Assembly: GCA_964016885.1 (NCBI GenBank)
Contig: OZ024740.1
Location: forward strand, 239,320,001-239,384,000
Direction: 5' to 3'
Source: Eledone cirrhosa
Taxonomy: Eukaryota
DNA: 64,000 bases
Shown here: in pieces, positions 31,850 to 46,047 of the stretch
How positions within the stretch are numbered: position 1 is the stretch's first letter
How the letters are laid out: each line of letters begins with the position of its first letter
The notes under the pieces: generated by a model
Told to the model about the DNA's origin: nothing
The model's database searches: none
What the model saw: only the letters and a program-made list of their open reading frames with translations
Made by a program: the position numbers and the translations under genes

Positions 31850-32050
31850 TCACGACACATGTTTCAATAAGAGATAGATCGATCATGTAGCCATGATCGA
31901 TTATCACTGAACTCGTCAGGTGAAAATTAATTGTCTTCAAATCCTTGATATGAGGGAGAAAATTAACGATTCCTTTTCACCTGACGAGGTCAGTGATAAT
32001 CGATCATGTCTACACGATCAATCTATCTCTTATTGAAACATATGTCGTGA
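31850..32050. ncRNA. Two inverted hammerheads with extended stem II (family C: ~31850-31923 minus, 31977-32050 plus)
   Basis: UCAC-CUGACGA-~47-nt imperfect hairpin-GAA-ACAUAUGU-C^-GUGA. Palindromic stem III. Confidence 0.75.
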
Positions 32051-32217
32051 TTAAAATGATTGGAAATTTATACCATGCCTTCGGATCTTTATTTTGATAC
32101 AAATACTCCGTTTTACATCATCTAGGTGTTCCCATAAATGGAATTGGAGATATACAAAAGCATGGAGAACTCAATATTGCTAACACATTTATTGGACCAA
32201 ATGACACAACCAATAAT

Positions 32218-32402
32218 TGTTTCTACTTTAGGCACAAGGCCAGCAATTACCAGTTCATTACTGGTACTTTATTTTATCGACCCCATAAGGATGAAAGGCA
32301 AAGTCAACCTCGGCGGGATTTGAACTCTGATCGTAAAGGGACGTAACTATGCTGGAAAGCTTGGCGTCCGACCCTCTACCGATACTGCCAATCTACCGCC
32401 CT
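32218..32402 (-). mobile_element. SINE inserted into a family C element, with a 16-bp TSD
   Basis: TGACACAACCAATAAT at 32202-32217 and 32403-32418. The empty site is seen at ~25161. Confidence 0.92.
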
Positions 32403-32527
32403 TGACACAACCAATAATATACCTTACTATATAACAACTATATATATATGTCCCTCCCAAAGTATAACAATATCGGTTTCAACACACGTTTTCAGATAAA
32501 GAATCTTGCTAAACAAATTCAGAAACG

Positions 32528-32574
<47 letters not shown>

Positions 32575-32629
32575 TATATATATATATATAAGAAGAAAAT
32601 AAAAGATGGTTAAAAAAGTTCCATGTAAT

Positions 32630-32692
32630 TTATTATGCGCATTTCAAAAACAAATATCATCCTGGGACGATATTTGCGTTCTCATCAGATAA
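32630..32692 (-). ncRNA. Hammerhead ribozyme (family G; partial copies ~32765 and 61158)
   Basis: UUAU-CUGAUGA-GAAcgCAAAUAUC..GAUAUUUGUUUU-U-GAA-AUGCGCAU-A^-AUAA. Confidence 0.75.
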
Positions 32693-32933
32693 CAGTCATC
32701 ATATGTTGCTTGGACACTTCCTTGTTCACAAGTGTTTTTTAGGCATCATATCATGTTTCCCTATGTTATCTGATGAGAACGCAAATATCTTCCGAGGAGA
32801 TAATGCGCATAATAAATTACATGGAACCTTTTTAACCATCTTTTATTTTCTTCTTATATATACTCCAGTCCAATAAACTGTTGGGTGCTACTTATCCGAT
32901 ATTTGCATTGGCTCTACAATAAAACTCACCTCC

Positions 32934-32992
<59 letters not shown>

Positions 32993-33285
32993 TGTAAAGT
33001 ATGTCCATAGAATCATTTGATAATATATATACACCATTTCATCTCCCCATTAGCATAATTAACCACACAAAAAATCAATTAAACCAGGCTATAAGATTTA
33101 AAGGCACCTATGAAGAAATAGTAGATAAATAAACGACACCAATCTATTCGCGACCAACCGATATAGAATATTTACCCAACATTTCAATAGCACGTGGAAA
33201 TCGATTAAATATACCGTCAACCATACACAATTAGGTATAAAATTAAAGTTAGAAGAAAAAATGCATATACACATACCAGGATTAC

Positions 33286-33366
33286 GTTTCTACCCTTAGG
33301 GTTTCGTTCGCTCTAGGAAATATCCTATTAAGGATAAAATCTCGAGCTTCGAACTCATCAGGAAAC
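33286..33366 (-). ncRNA. Hammerhead ribozyme (family H1; element 32990-33740, ~681-bp monomer)
   Basis: GUUUC-CUGAUGA-GUUCG...CGAAC-GAA-ACCC uaa GGGU-A^-GAAAC. Confidence 0.88.
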
Positions 33367-33985
33367 AAACTCATTTGGACAAAGAATTTCTTAAGTGATC
33401 CCCGCCAGAAACGAATTCAAAATGGCTAAGAACTGTGACGTGGCAGTGGTCAAGTCAGAAAGAATGTGATTGGTGGCTTACGGCGAGTGGGCTGGTTACT
33501 AGAAAGCGCAGCCCAATATTGCCCAAATTGCATCTCAACCTTATGGGAGATTATTAAATATAAAGATTTACATATACACAAACTAGACAAAGTCACAGAT
33601 ATATATGTTTTGGCAACCATTCACGATGTGGTTCAATGATGAATTAATAAATTAAATAATCAGAGCAATATACTATAAAGTATGTCCATAGAATCATTTG
33701 ATAACAAGAAACAAACTCATTTGGACAAAGAATTTTCTTATATATATATATATATATATATATATACGTTATATATACATACGTTCCTTTGTCAGTGTTG
33801 AACAAATGAGCACGATGGTTGCTAGACACTGTACGGCTTAATTCGGGATGTTTGTTTACAAACACACCGAGCATTATAATAAATGTTCGGTGAATCCATA
33901 CGTACATATATATATGTGTGCATGTATGTATATATATATAATACTACTGTACGTCTGTATACATATATGTATGTACGTATACACA

Positions 33986-34073
<88 letters not shown>

Positions 34074-34118
34074 TGTGTATACGTACATACATATATGTAT
34101 ACAGACGTACAGTAGTAT

Positions 34119-34150
<32 letters not shown>

Positions 34151-34669
34151 TAAATATATTGACGTATGTATGTATATATACGGATATCCAATGTTGTAGT
34201 TAATATAGAACAACTATCGCTTGTGATGAATACGCGTGAATGATTGAACTATTATAGTGGTCACAGTAAGATGATGGAGTTATTGAGTTATTAACGTTTT
34301 CATTTATAGTTTGTAGAGCTTGATGTCATATATGAAGATGTATATCTATTAAAAAAAAACAGTACTTAATTTTCTCATAACATTTCAGTTAATAATTAAA
34401 ATATGTATGCATTGATTGATCCATTAATGGTTGCAATCTAAGATCTAGGAAGAAAGTATGAATTTAACAATAGGATAATGGGTTTTACAATAGGATTAAA
34501 GATCTATCAATGGTATTATTGATCTAACAGTATGATTACGGATCTAAGAATATTAATGTGAAGGTAATGATATTACAAACTGAACAGCATCGTTAAATAT
34601 CTCAATATGATTTAGGATCTAACAATATGATTAAGTCTAACATGGATCGATAACTTGTGATTATGGGGC

Positions 34670-34880
34670 TTACGTATCTCAAGGTACCAGAGGGCTATGT
34701 CGGTGGGAGCTTAGGTTCTTATGCAAATCAAGCCGGGCCACTTAAAGAGTAGAGGCATAACAAAGAGAGATTCATTAGTCCTCCAGGCTGGGTGTTAGAG
34801 GTAGCGCTAACAGCCTAGTCCGGCAAAAATAAATAGTTCTGTTGCGCAAACAGCAATGAAGGAAATCGGTATAACTGTAT
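34670..34880 (+). mobile_element. Possible decayed RTE-type LINE 5' UTR
   Basis: gtcctccaggctgggtgttagaggtagcgctaacagcc resembles, from memory, the GGTCCTCCAGGTTGGGGGTTGG...GCTAACAACC motif of RTE 5' UTRs. Confidence 0.35.
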
Positions 34881-36103
34881 GTTATATGCATAATAGTTGG
34901 CTCAGAAGGGGCAGGCACGACTACCCTATTTTGTTTCCCTATATACCCGAAAGTATAACGAACATGAATAAGTGACGATTTGAATATGATTAAGGGCAGA
35001 AAATAGAGATAGAATGTACAGATTTATTCAATACTTTAGCACGTCACACATTAGGGTAAATCAAGGAAGAATAAAACCAAAGAAATATATCATCCAGGCA
35101 AGTTTTCCTCATAGACAGTTAGAAATTAAATGATACATCTGAAGATCAAGTGGTAGTGTAGTCTTCCAGCAAGCAGTAGATAGATGTTTCGAATCCTATA
35201 GTGGTTCTGTCACTTTTTTTATATGATGGGGCTCCAGAAGAACCAATATGATGGGGGACCAATAAATGAGTAAAACGTAATAAAGGTAAAAATATAGTTT
35301 AAAATATTTTTTTAATTGGAGATGAACGTTGAACGGAAGAATGTTTTTTTTCTTTTTATTAATGGTGACCTAATACATGTGATGTTCACTGGTAAAATAA
35401 AAATTTGCTGTGAAATGATAGATCTATATTGATATTTATACGGTACCCCCAAAATGTGAGGCCACAGTTCTAAAGTTCCGAGTCAATACTCCGTTGTATT
35501 TTGTGTGTGTATATTTCATAAGTGAGCAAAAATAAACTTTGGTCATCGTTCCCCTTTCCAATCAGTTCACTCCAAAAGGAATTCATGAAAGATCACGTAT
35601 TTTATTTATGAACATAGCACAGCCAAAACTGAGGTTGGTATAATGTTCAGCAAAGTTAAATTCTAGTGGAGTAACTTATTCATTCATCCATTTCTCCCTT
35701 GATGTACTGGAATCTGTAGGAGAACTTAGAATTTAATTAACAATAGACATCCTAACTTCAGCTCTTGTATTATTTAACATTGATATTGTATTGAAATTTT
35801 ATATTGATATTATGTTTTTAATGTATCAATAATCGATGCATATAAGGTTGATTTTGATGTATATGAAATCGCAACACGCAGAAAGGTTTTAAGAGCATCT
35901 TTAGAGTAAAACAATGCTGTTGATGTCATGAATATAGCAAGATATATTAATTCAAAATTACATTGAAGCATGAATAAAAGAATATGTAAATGATGCAAAA
36001 CAAGAGATTATATCTTTGACTTATATTTGTTAAATATCCAGTTATATATCCGGTTGGAATTTGTTCCATACATAAAGATTCAGGCTGGAATAGAGACATC
36101 TAA

Positions 36104-36251
<148 letters not shown>

Positions 36252-36267
36252 TTATATATATATATTA

Positions 36268-36299
<32 letters not shown>

Positions 36300-36674
36300 A
36301 AAGTTTCCATATATATATATACATACACATACATATACGTGTTTTGCAACCGGTCACTTTGTGGCTCAATGAAAAATTAATAAATTAAACAATCAGAGCT
36401 ATATATCATAAAACATGTCTATAGAATCACAAGATAAAATATATACTATTTCCTCTCCCAATTAGCATAATTAACTATATAAAAAATCGAATAGACCAGA
36501 CTATAAGAATGAGGCTTCTATGAAGGAATCTCCGACAAATAACCAAAACTAGCGCTTCGCGTTGGCCGTAGTGGAATATTTATCGAATATTTCGACAGCG
36601 TAATCGCCAAGATACAGTCAACTAAGCAGAATTAGGTTTAAAATAAACTAGGAGAAAATAGAATACATTTAAAT

Positions 36675-36762
36675 ACCTCTACCATGGTTTCGTCCGTGTT
36701 TTGAGTTTTCCAATAATTATGTAATAATTATATAAACTCGAGCGCCGGATTCTTCAGGAAGC
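36675..36762 (-). ncRNA. Hammerhead ribozyme (family H2; element 36310-37260, ~655-bp monomer plus inversion)
   Basis: GCUUC-CUGAAGA-AUCCG...CGGAC-GAA-ACCAUGGU-A^-GAGGU. Confidence 0.82.
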
Positions 36763-37261
36763 TCGCTGATATCTAGACATTAAATTTTCCAAAACGATCG
36801 CGCCAAGAATTCATTTCAAAATGGCCAAAAATCGTGACGTAGCCGCGGTCAAGTTGGAAGGGGTGTGGTAGTTGCTTACGACTGGTGGCATTTTTGCTAG
36901 AAAGCACAGCACAATACAGCCAAATTTTTATCTCAACCTAGTGGGAGATTATTACATATAAAAATTAACATATATACATACACATACATATACGTGTTTT
37001 GCAACCGGTCACTTTGTGGCTCAATGAAAAATTAATAAATTAGTTGTTTGTATCTAGGCGATTACGCTGTCGAAATATTCGATAAATATTCCGCTACGGC
37101 CGACGCGAAGCGCTAGTTTTGGTTATTTGTCGGAGATTCCTTCATAGAAGCCTCATTCTTATAGCCTGGTCTATTCGATTTTTTATATAGTTAATTATGC
37201 TAATTGGGAGAGGAAATAGTATATATTTTATCTTGTGATTCTATAGACATGTTTTATGATA

Positions 37262-37372
<111 letters not shown>

Positions 37373-37588
37373 TATATATACCCACATACATGCATACACA
37401 CACACATACACATATATATGTGCGTGTGTGTGTGCGTTGTGTGTGTGTATGTTCGTCGTGTGCATGTGTGTGTATGAGTGCATGCGTGTGTGTGTGCATG
37501 TGTGTGAAGAGAAGGAAAACGAGTGAGTATGAGAGAGTCAGATAGATTAAAGACATCGTACTAAAGCTATTGAAATTTATTTTGACAG

Positions 37589-37680
37589 GTCCTGCCCGAG
37601 TGGAGGAATTATTGATGGAAGTGAACCAGAAAGTGCGATGTCTGGAGATTAAATACAAAGCCAAATCAGAGGCAAAGAAG
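37589..37680 (+). CDS. Universal stress protein (USP), internal coding exon (inferred)
   Basis: Acceptor ttttgacAG, then a 92-nt exon reading (x)PARVEELLMEVNQKVRCLEIKYKAKSEAKK, then donor AAG|GTcaga. It ends in phase 0, matching the phase-0 acceptor at 63211. The amphipathic helix fits the segment before the USP C-terminal half. Confidence 0.7.
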
Positions 37681-37746
37681 GTCAGAAATTTTCTCATTTA
37701 TAGACAGTTATCTATTCCGTTTCTTCACTCTAAGCTGCGCAATAAT

Positions 37747-37812
<66 letters not shown>

Positions 37813-37815
<3 letters not shown>

Positions 37816-38421
37816 TGGCTGCCAACTCGTTTTCGAGTACAGCCACTACTTTATATCCATGTAGGAGAACCCCTACCGATGCGCTGAACGAGTGTGACTT
37901 TTTAGTCCAGCCAGCGACTTGAAAACTCTGGTACAAACACTACACTTGTGACAATTATTGACACATAGTGCTGGGCCCATGGTACCAAGTGAAGACAAGT
38001 GCAGAGAGATATCCAGATGTAAAGCAATGCCTGTGCAGTGAAGCTTTTATAGTGAGCAAAGGTACTGCACAAAGCCAGTCCCACTCTCTTAACCGAGATG
38101 ATATTTACCAAAAAGAAGAACAAGTCAACATCATTGGATACCATCAGGGTTGCAGGTGCTATATCAGAGTTTTCCTTCTCCTATAATTCTGCCTTGACGA
38201 AGGCTAAGGGGTCATCTCTCCCGGTGATTTTGGAAGGCCATTGACTCTTAAGAGCTCCTTTGCCCTTTGACAGGTTTTGTTTTTAGTCCTGCAGGATGTC
38301 CAAAGTCACTCTCCTCACCAAGAAACCTTGGTGGGGTTGCCAGTTTAGTCGCCAACGACCCGACCATGAGACAGGTTGTACTGGGATACATGTTGCCAGT
38401 AGCACCAACTGGTGACCTGAC
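37813..38421 (-). mobile_element. ~610-bp non-coding interspersed element (copy 1)
   Basis: Closely similar to the reverse complement of 54066-54675, with the same ends. Flanked by (TA)n. Confidence 0.85.
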
Positions 38422-38429
38422 ATATATAT

Positions 38430-38470
<41 letters not shown>

Positions 38471-38474
<4 letters not shown>

Positions 38475-38575
38475 TGTCCCAAAAACATGTATACACACTG
38501 ATTTCCTGTACTGAACAGACAATATTTATTAGAAAGCTGTTGAAGTGTGTACACATCTTTGGGGGACACCCTCTA
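38471..38575. mobile_element. Tiny Tc1/mariner-type MITE
   Basis: TIRs ggtgtcccaaaaacatgtatacac / gtgtacacatctttgggggacacc, in a TA context. Confidence 0.6.
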
Positions 38576-38576
38576 T

Positions 38577-38657
<81 letters not shown>

Positions 38658-39518
38658 CATTGAATTATCGCTACTGTTTGTACACACAAGCATCAACTCA
38701 CGTAAATGCGTACATCGAGATAGACACAACTGTCCCAGCTTTATACACACATTGTTGCCATATACATAACCACATGCCATATACACAAACACAGTGTCCC
38801 ATTTAGGACAAATGAGGCCCCAAACATTTGTAACATTCATCGTAAAGAATTATTTTCGTAGGAAGATGCGCCCTTCCTGGCCAACGGGGCCCTTTGCCTA
38901 AGCAAACTTAAGCACAATGGTAAATCCGCCACTGCACATACATAACCACATGCCATATGCACATAACCACAAACACATACATACGTACATGCCTACATAC
39001 AAACATACTCATGTACGTATATACATACATACGTATATACGTACGTACATATATACATACATAAATACATACATACTAGCATACATACATCTACACATGG
39101 ATATACATACATATATATACACATGCATACATATATATATAGATAGATACATACATACATAAAACACGTATTCATTAGCATGCAGTAGAGATAACATCTC
39201 AGATTTAGGAGCCCATATATCAGTTTCTCTACCAGCCAGTTGGTTTAAATGTATTTTCCTTCATTCATTGGGTTCAAAGGAACAGATTAACGTTGAAACT
39301 TTACATTTCTCAAGAGCATTGAAGATTTATGAGACCACGTGATATTGAATATCCTTTTATGACTCTATTAAAAATATATATGAATAGACAAAGAATAAAA
39401 ACAAGGTTTTCGATTTTCTCTGGATACAAAATATTTACTTTGTAGTGCTTGGTTGTGGATTCTCCGTCGGTTTCTACGATGAGCATTACATTGTTCAACT
39501 AACTAAGATCCTCTATGC

Positions 39519-39809
39519 CAGGCATGGGCAACCTTTTTCGAGAAGCGGGCCGCATGAGATATGGCTCATCATCAGGCGGGCCGCAAGCGCTAATTTATAT
39601 TCGTGTCCACATTTAAAAAAGAGCGGTAACTCAGGTTGTTTTGATTTGTTTCTTCCGAATTCGTATACGTTGCTTTCCTCGATCATAAAAATGATAGAAA
39701 GATAAATTTCTATTGAAAAGTTGGGGTAAAAAAAATCAGAAAGATTTCACTTCGGTGACTTAGGCGAGCCATTCAGAAAGCTTCGCCGGCCGCAGGTTGT
39801 CCACTACTG
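39519..39809. mobile_element. hAT (Charlie-like) non-autonomous transposon
   Basis: TIRs CAGGCATGGGCAACCT / AGGTTGTCCACTACTG, subterminal GCGGGCCGCA motifs, and an 8-bp TSD ctctatgc/ctttatgc. Confidence 0.8.
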
Positions 39810-40250
39810 CTTTATGCCTTTGAAATTAGCGTGTATGTAACTGACTTATGCTGCAGGTATGTCTACCATTGATGCAGTTCTATTTCATTTCTGACACACC
39901 TAGTACATTAAGATAACACGTACAGCTATATCGGCGAATTGGCAGCATCGTTAAGGCATTGTGTAGAATGCGGTATTTCTTCTGGTTCTTTGCACTCTGA
40001 GTTTTCATATCACACCGAAGTCAACTTCTGCTTTCATCCTTTCGGGTCGATAAAAAAGGCAGTGGATTGGTGAAATTGTTAGAGTGACAATTGGAATGAC
40101 TTCTTGTGGTATCAGTTCTGGCTCTTTGCCTTCTGACGACAACGCCTTCCACGAGACTGGTGTCAAGCTATAATAGCTTTTGCGTTTTCGTTAGGCATCA
40201 ATCGGTAGCGTTGAAAAGGATGGATTAAATGGATGCATGGGCAACAGCTG

Positions 40251-40560
40251 ATTGGGGCACTGGGATATGTTAGTAACTGCCTCAGTACAGATATTGAGAA
40301 GCTAGGTTTCACAGGAACAGAAAGAACACAACTAGTTAGGAAATTATAAGTACAATCCATTAATGGAACAGTAAAAATACGTAAAACATTCCAAAATTTC
40401 TGCATATGCACATGTACACATACAACTCAAAACATCCACATCCACACATACAATAACATCCATACCTGCACACAGGTGCATACATATCTACCTAGTTGCT
40501 GTTGTGCAAATTCCAATGAGAGAGTCTTGTATCTATGTTAGAAACCGACTAAATAAAACT
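40251..40560 (+). mobile_element. 3' end fragment of the R4/Dong-like LINE family B
   Basis: Encodes IGALGYVSNCLSTDIEKLGFTGTERTQLVRKL*VQSINGTVKI. The 3' UTR matches the reverse complement of ~49790-50145. Confidence 0.88.
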
Positions 40561-41652
40561 TTTCCTCGACTTCTGCATTTTGGTGAACATTTCAAATACA
40601 GATTACATGATTTTACGAAACGTATGGAAGCCCAATCATACACCAACGCAGTTATTTATATAACAACTTTATCTGGCGTCGCAAAGGTGTTTTCGGAGAA
40701 TAGATGACTATTGGGCATTTGCTATATTTGTAAAGAGTGAGATGATTAATCATCAGCGTGAAGTTAATTAGCTCATTCTCACATTATATTATATTAGTAA
40801 ATGGATGAGTTGGGACATAGATTTAGATTTTGAACGAAAACAGGTTGCTGTATTAACTGAAGATAAAAAAGGAGTGATTAGTTTAATTTAGTAAGAGAGG
40901 AACAAATAGGTTGATTAATTTAGGAAGAGAACTAATTTAGGTAGATTGGAAGGAAAACGGTTTGATAATTTAGGTAGAAGGGAATAAAGTGGTGTGATTA
41001 ATTTAATAAGAAAGCAGCGTATTTAATTTATTGAGGAACAAAGAGGTGTGGCGAATTTAATAAGACAAGAACAAAGATGTGGGGTTAAAAGACGAGCGTT
41101 TGTTAATTTGTTAAAAGAGGAAGTTAGAGGTGTGGCTAATTTAGGAAGAAGGTAACGAAAAGATAAAGAGGCGTGGTTAATTAAAAAATATAGAATCAAA
41201 GAGATGTAGCTCCTTCAAACAGAGAAACTAAAAATTGTTTAGTATGCTAATGATTGAAAAGACAATAATAATATAATTATCAATGAAACAAACATCGATT
41301 TGCACTTTAACTGAGTGGTTTCATGAAATAGTGAAGTGACACTTAAGTAGAAGAGCTAACGAAATATAGTAAATCGAATTATTTAATATAGAGTAAAGGG
41401 TTCTTTCGTCACGAGAGAACAAAAGAGACAGAGAGAGAGACAGAGAGAGCGAGAAATATACTCACTCACACACGCACTCACGCATACACATACACACACA
41501 CACACGTATATATATATATATACTTATATATATGTATAGAAAAAAAAATATATATAAAATATATGAAATGTGTGCAAACCAACGCAAATGACGATAATAA
41601 TATTCGATTACGTTTAAAATTTTCTCAATGCTTCTTTCGTCAACCTCGTTCG

Positions 41653-41740
<88 letters not shown>

Positions 41741-41915
41741 AGGTGTATTATTGGTTGGGTCATTTGGTCCAATAAATTTTTGTTAGCAATATTGAGTTCT
41801 CCACGCTTTTGTATATCTCCAATTCCATTTATGAGAACAGCTAGATGATGTAAAACGGAGTATTTGTATCAAAATAAAGATCCGAAGGCATGGTATAAAT
41901 TTCCAATCATTTTAA

Positions 41916-41989
41916 TCACGACACATGTTTCAATAAGAGATAGATCGATCGTGTAGCCATGATAGATTATCACTGATCTCGTCAGGTGA
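41916..41989 (-). ncRNA. Hammerhead ribozyme (family C element 41737-42048)
   Basis: UCAC-CUGACGA-long stem II-GAA-ACAUGUGU-C^-GUGA. Confidence 0.75.
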
Positions 41990-43085
41990 AAATGAATTGT
42001 CTTCTAATCCTTGATATGAGGGAGAAAATTAACGATGTTCACTCATATGAAGATCAAGCAGTGAAAACACACCGACTACTATCGTCTTCAGTTAGGGTCA
42101 TAAAACTATCACGTCTCTATCTCTCAATAGCTGTAAAAGATGCTGGACATCAAATCTGTAGAACTACAGACGGTCACAGTTAATGTGAGTGAGTACACAC
42201 ACACTCACACACACCGACGCGAGGTCAAGGAAAAAAAATAAATATAAATATACCAACATAGTATTCACCGAAAGTTAGTTTACAAAACAACAAATGTTAT
42301 ATTGGTTAAATCTCAATTTGACGATGTAAATTGGAAAAATTGGGTCAACCGCAACCCTGTACACACACAAGAAAGTTCAGTTCAATGTTCTGCTATACGT
42401 GTATAGATTGAATTGTAACATCCGAATCTCCAAATAGTATATGTTTTGGTATATACACATCCATGTGAAGAGCAAGTAGTCAGCTCATATCGAACTCAGT
42501 ATGTGCCGTTGTCCCATTGAGAATCTGAGTCCCCAAATCCGTGCGTGCAAGCAACCGCTATGTAGGCCACCAAGGGGCTCCGTGTAGGGTTAAGGTGTCA
42601 ATATGTGCGTTTTCAGTCATATGGGCCCTTGGGCTTTTAAGATAGGTGTTTGAGTGGTGGAGGTGTGTTACCAACACAAAAATAAAAATAAAATAAAATA
42701 AAATAAAATAACAAAGAATAGCAAAACCCAGAGGATGTGTGTATGCCCATTAATGGTGTGTAAGTATTATTGTCCAATCTGTAACCGTGAGCACTCCATG
42801 GTTAGATGATCACGGATCAAAACGTAGTGTAGTGTTCAATCGGTAGGAACGTGACCAGTAATAACTGTGGGAACTCCGTGTCTAAAAAAACCGGGCACTG
42901 TGTGTAGAGTTATGTATAGTGAGCGTAATCGGTCTTAACTGAGTGTGTAATACGCCTAGCTATATCCTAACCGAGAGAACTCAATGGTTAGGGTATCCTA
43001 AAGTAATGGTGAATACGCGTAATCGGTCTTACCTAAGTCTGTAATCATTACTAACTGGGTATTCTAATGTGCACTCAGCTGTGAG

Positions 43086-43134
<49 letters not shown>

Positions 43135-43140
<6 letters not shown>

Positions 43141-44100
43141 AACAGAGAAAGCCTTAAGCGATTCTCCGACCAACTCCATCTTACTCAACAAACATTAGGA
43201 TATATATATATATATATATATACTATACATAAACAGAGAAAGCCTTAAGCGATACTCCGACCAACTCCATCTCACTCAACAAACATTAGGATATACCTAA
43301 GTATTATCCCAATTTAGTGTTTGGGGTGCTAACTAATCAGTATTTCGTGGATAGCTGGTTGTATTATTTTATATGACACATTATTAAATAAATATCTCTT
43401 TCCTTCCAGACGGCCGTTTCTACAATTTGGGATAAATAATTTCCAGCTTATGTAGAAACTTGTATATAATCCATAGTTTTATACACAAGCGGGCTCTTAT
43501 AAACTAATCAGTGGATGCCCAGTCAATAACGATATAAGAATTATATCGACATTAACAGAATGGTGATGGTCTCCCTCAGCGCTAAGAAGAGACTGGTAGA
43601 TTAGAATCCAGCAGTTCTCTCTAAGAAACAATACACGCCGTCCCCAAAAGGGTAAAGGGAGGTCATCTTAAAATAAAACAATATACACGCTGGTCAATTA
43701 AACCTGTTAGGTATTAACCACGTGTATAAGAACTCAATTGGAAATTTAAAAGAATAACCACATGTATACACAACTAATTCACAAACAGAGATATTAAAAC
43801 ATAATAAATATATGCATGGATCACCCATACATACACATAGCTATTCTCTAAGGCTAAATCAGACATGGGATATAAGGAAGATCTATCAGTATTTCATATA
43901 ACAAATAATAATAATAAAGAGAGTCATACCTTATCTCTGGAATCCACATCAGGCTCCCAAGAGTATATATTCAATACATAAACAGAGAAAGCCTTAAGCG
44001 ATTCTCTGACCAACTCCATCTCACTCAACAAACATTAGGATATACTTAAGTATTATCCCAATTTAGTGTTTGGGGTGCTAACTAATCAGTATTTCGTGGA
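43135..44100 (-). mobile_element. (TA)n-flanked 1.2-mer element (~749-bp monomer) with a branched hammerhead-like motif at 43405-43515
   Basis: atacataaacagagaaagcc at 43225 and 43974. The minus strand reads UCCA-CUGAUUA-multi-hairpin-GAA-ACGGCCGU-C^-UGGA. Confidence 0.65.
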
Positions 44101-44387
44101 TAAGAAAATCACATGTTTAAGTATTTAAATTTTTTTGTAATTTCGTGCCAAAAATTGGGAGTGTGATAGCTTTTTCAGGGTTTTGCAGAAAAGTGGCTCA
44201 AGTTTAAAGTATAATTTGACAAGGTGAGGCTCATCACCTGATTTAGCACCGAATTTGGTGACAAAAAAATGGAGATGTTGTGGATTAGGGAATATAGACA
44301 GTAGCAATTTATGCCTGTTGTATTCAATAGTCAAGGGCAGTTGGCAATCCTAAAATTCAAAAGAACCGGAATTTTATTTATGTATGT

Positions 44388-44459
<72 letters not shown>

Positions 44460-44569
44460 CTTGTCTTTTTTTGTTTCCTTCAACGTCCGAATAACAATAA
44501 CAGTACATAACATACATACATAAGATACATACATTCATACATATATATAAGTCTAAAGAAAGTGCCCAA

Positions 44570-44795
44570 ACCCAGAAATTGTAAAGTAGGAGGAATACTC
44601 TGAAAAGTCGGAAAAAGAAGTTGTCATGGGCCGCTATGAGGAACTGGACCCTATATCTTCTAGAGACCGGCAGACGATATCGGGTTTAATAGCAGGTATC
44701 TAGAAGATATTGGGATTCATTTCTCATAGCGGCCGATGGCAACTTCTTTCCCGTCTTTTAAGGGCGTTTACCCTATTTTATAGCATTTCTGCGCT
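44570..44795. repeat. Imperfect long hairpin (MITE-like)
   Basis: aaagaagttgtcatgggccgctatgag...tatcttctaga pairs with tctagaagata...ctcatagcggccgatggcaacttcttt. Confidence 0.7.
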
Positions 44796-45361
44796 TAAGC
44801 CAGTTGGGTAACCCGGAAAAGTGGAATATGCTCTCGTAACTGGCTTCAGAGAAACACTTCTTAAATACCCGCTTCGACTACTTTATGTATGTGTGAATGT
44901 GTCTGTAGATACACGCATATACATACATGCAAACATGCAATATAACAATCGGTTATGTTCTTCGGCTCTTTCTCGCCATAGTAATAACCATATTACGATA
45001 CTTCTAATGAGATAGAGTTTCACGCAGGCTCCTACCATTTCTAGCAGATCAAGTGACCGTGGAATGAGCTCCCTTTGTAACTTCTGATTTACTGGAAGCG
45101 AAATTCATTCTGAAAAATGGTATAGATTGGATTAACTGAATTTATTTTCTTTGATTTTTCTATTTATAGCTAAATTCGAGATTACCTTGAATAACTCTCC
45201 TTTATTTTCTAAGACCATGAAAACAATCTTCTGTGGAGGGAGCCATATTTGTTTATGCAACAGGCTAAATGAGTCGGGTGTATAACCAAACAAAACTGTA
45301 TATGTCACTGCTGTAACAATATACATATGAATACACACACATATATATATATATATATTTG

Positions 45362-45403
<42 letters not shown>

Positions 45404-46003
45404 TTGGTGCTCTGAAATAGCTAAATATATATGAATGTATATATAGTGTATTTTGCAATACACTGTATGCTTAATTAAAATCATTTCGAAGACCTTATGC
45501 TATTGTTTTAGAGTAGTGATAGTCTCACTTACTTTAATTTTCAGTGGCGTGGAGAAAAAAGACTGGTATGCATGGGCGACTGCTGGTCTTCCACAAAAAC
45601 ACGTTGTCTTGGCTTGTGCCTCGGAGGGGAACCTTCTAGGTGCAAAACCCCAAACCGATGATCATTCGTGACCGAAGTTTTTTTAAAAATATTATATGCA
45701 TTAAATAACTATTACATTTTAACACCTTTGAAATGATATAACAGGTGTGATGTAAGAAAATAAACTCAGGTTGAGTATATAAAACCGTTTCTCTTCTTTC
45801 TTAGTATAGATACTCCGTCTGATACCATATATACAATAACTTGTGGATACCAATGGCGTCGAGTATTTATGCTTGATTACACCATAATTAGTTGATTGCT
45901 TGGATCAACCAACATAAATTATTGAAACAAATATGCATATATATATATATATATATATTAAGAGAGTAAAACAAAGAAGCCCTTAATACATCAAAAGTTT
46001 TTA

Positions 46004-46047
46004 TTAGCCGACAATGTTTCGTCCTATTAAGGACTCATCAGGGCAAT
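46004..46047 (-). ncRNA. Minimal type I hammerhead ribozyme
   Basis: GCC-CUGAUGA-GUCC uuaaua GGAC-GAA-AC auu GU-C^-GGC. Predicted cleavage between 46010 and 46009. Confidence 0.88.
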
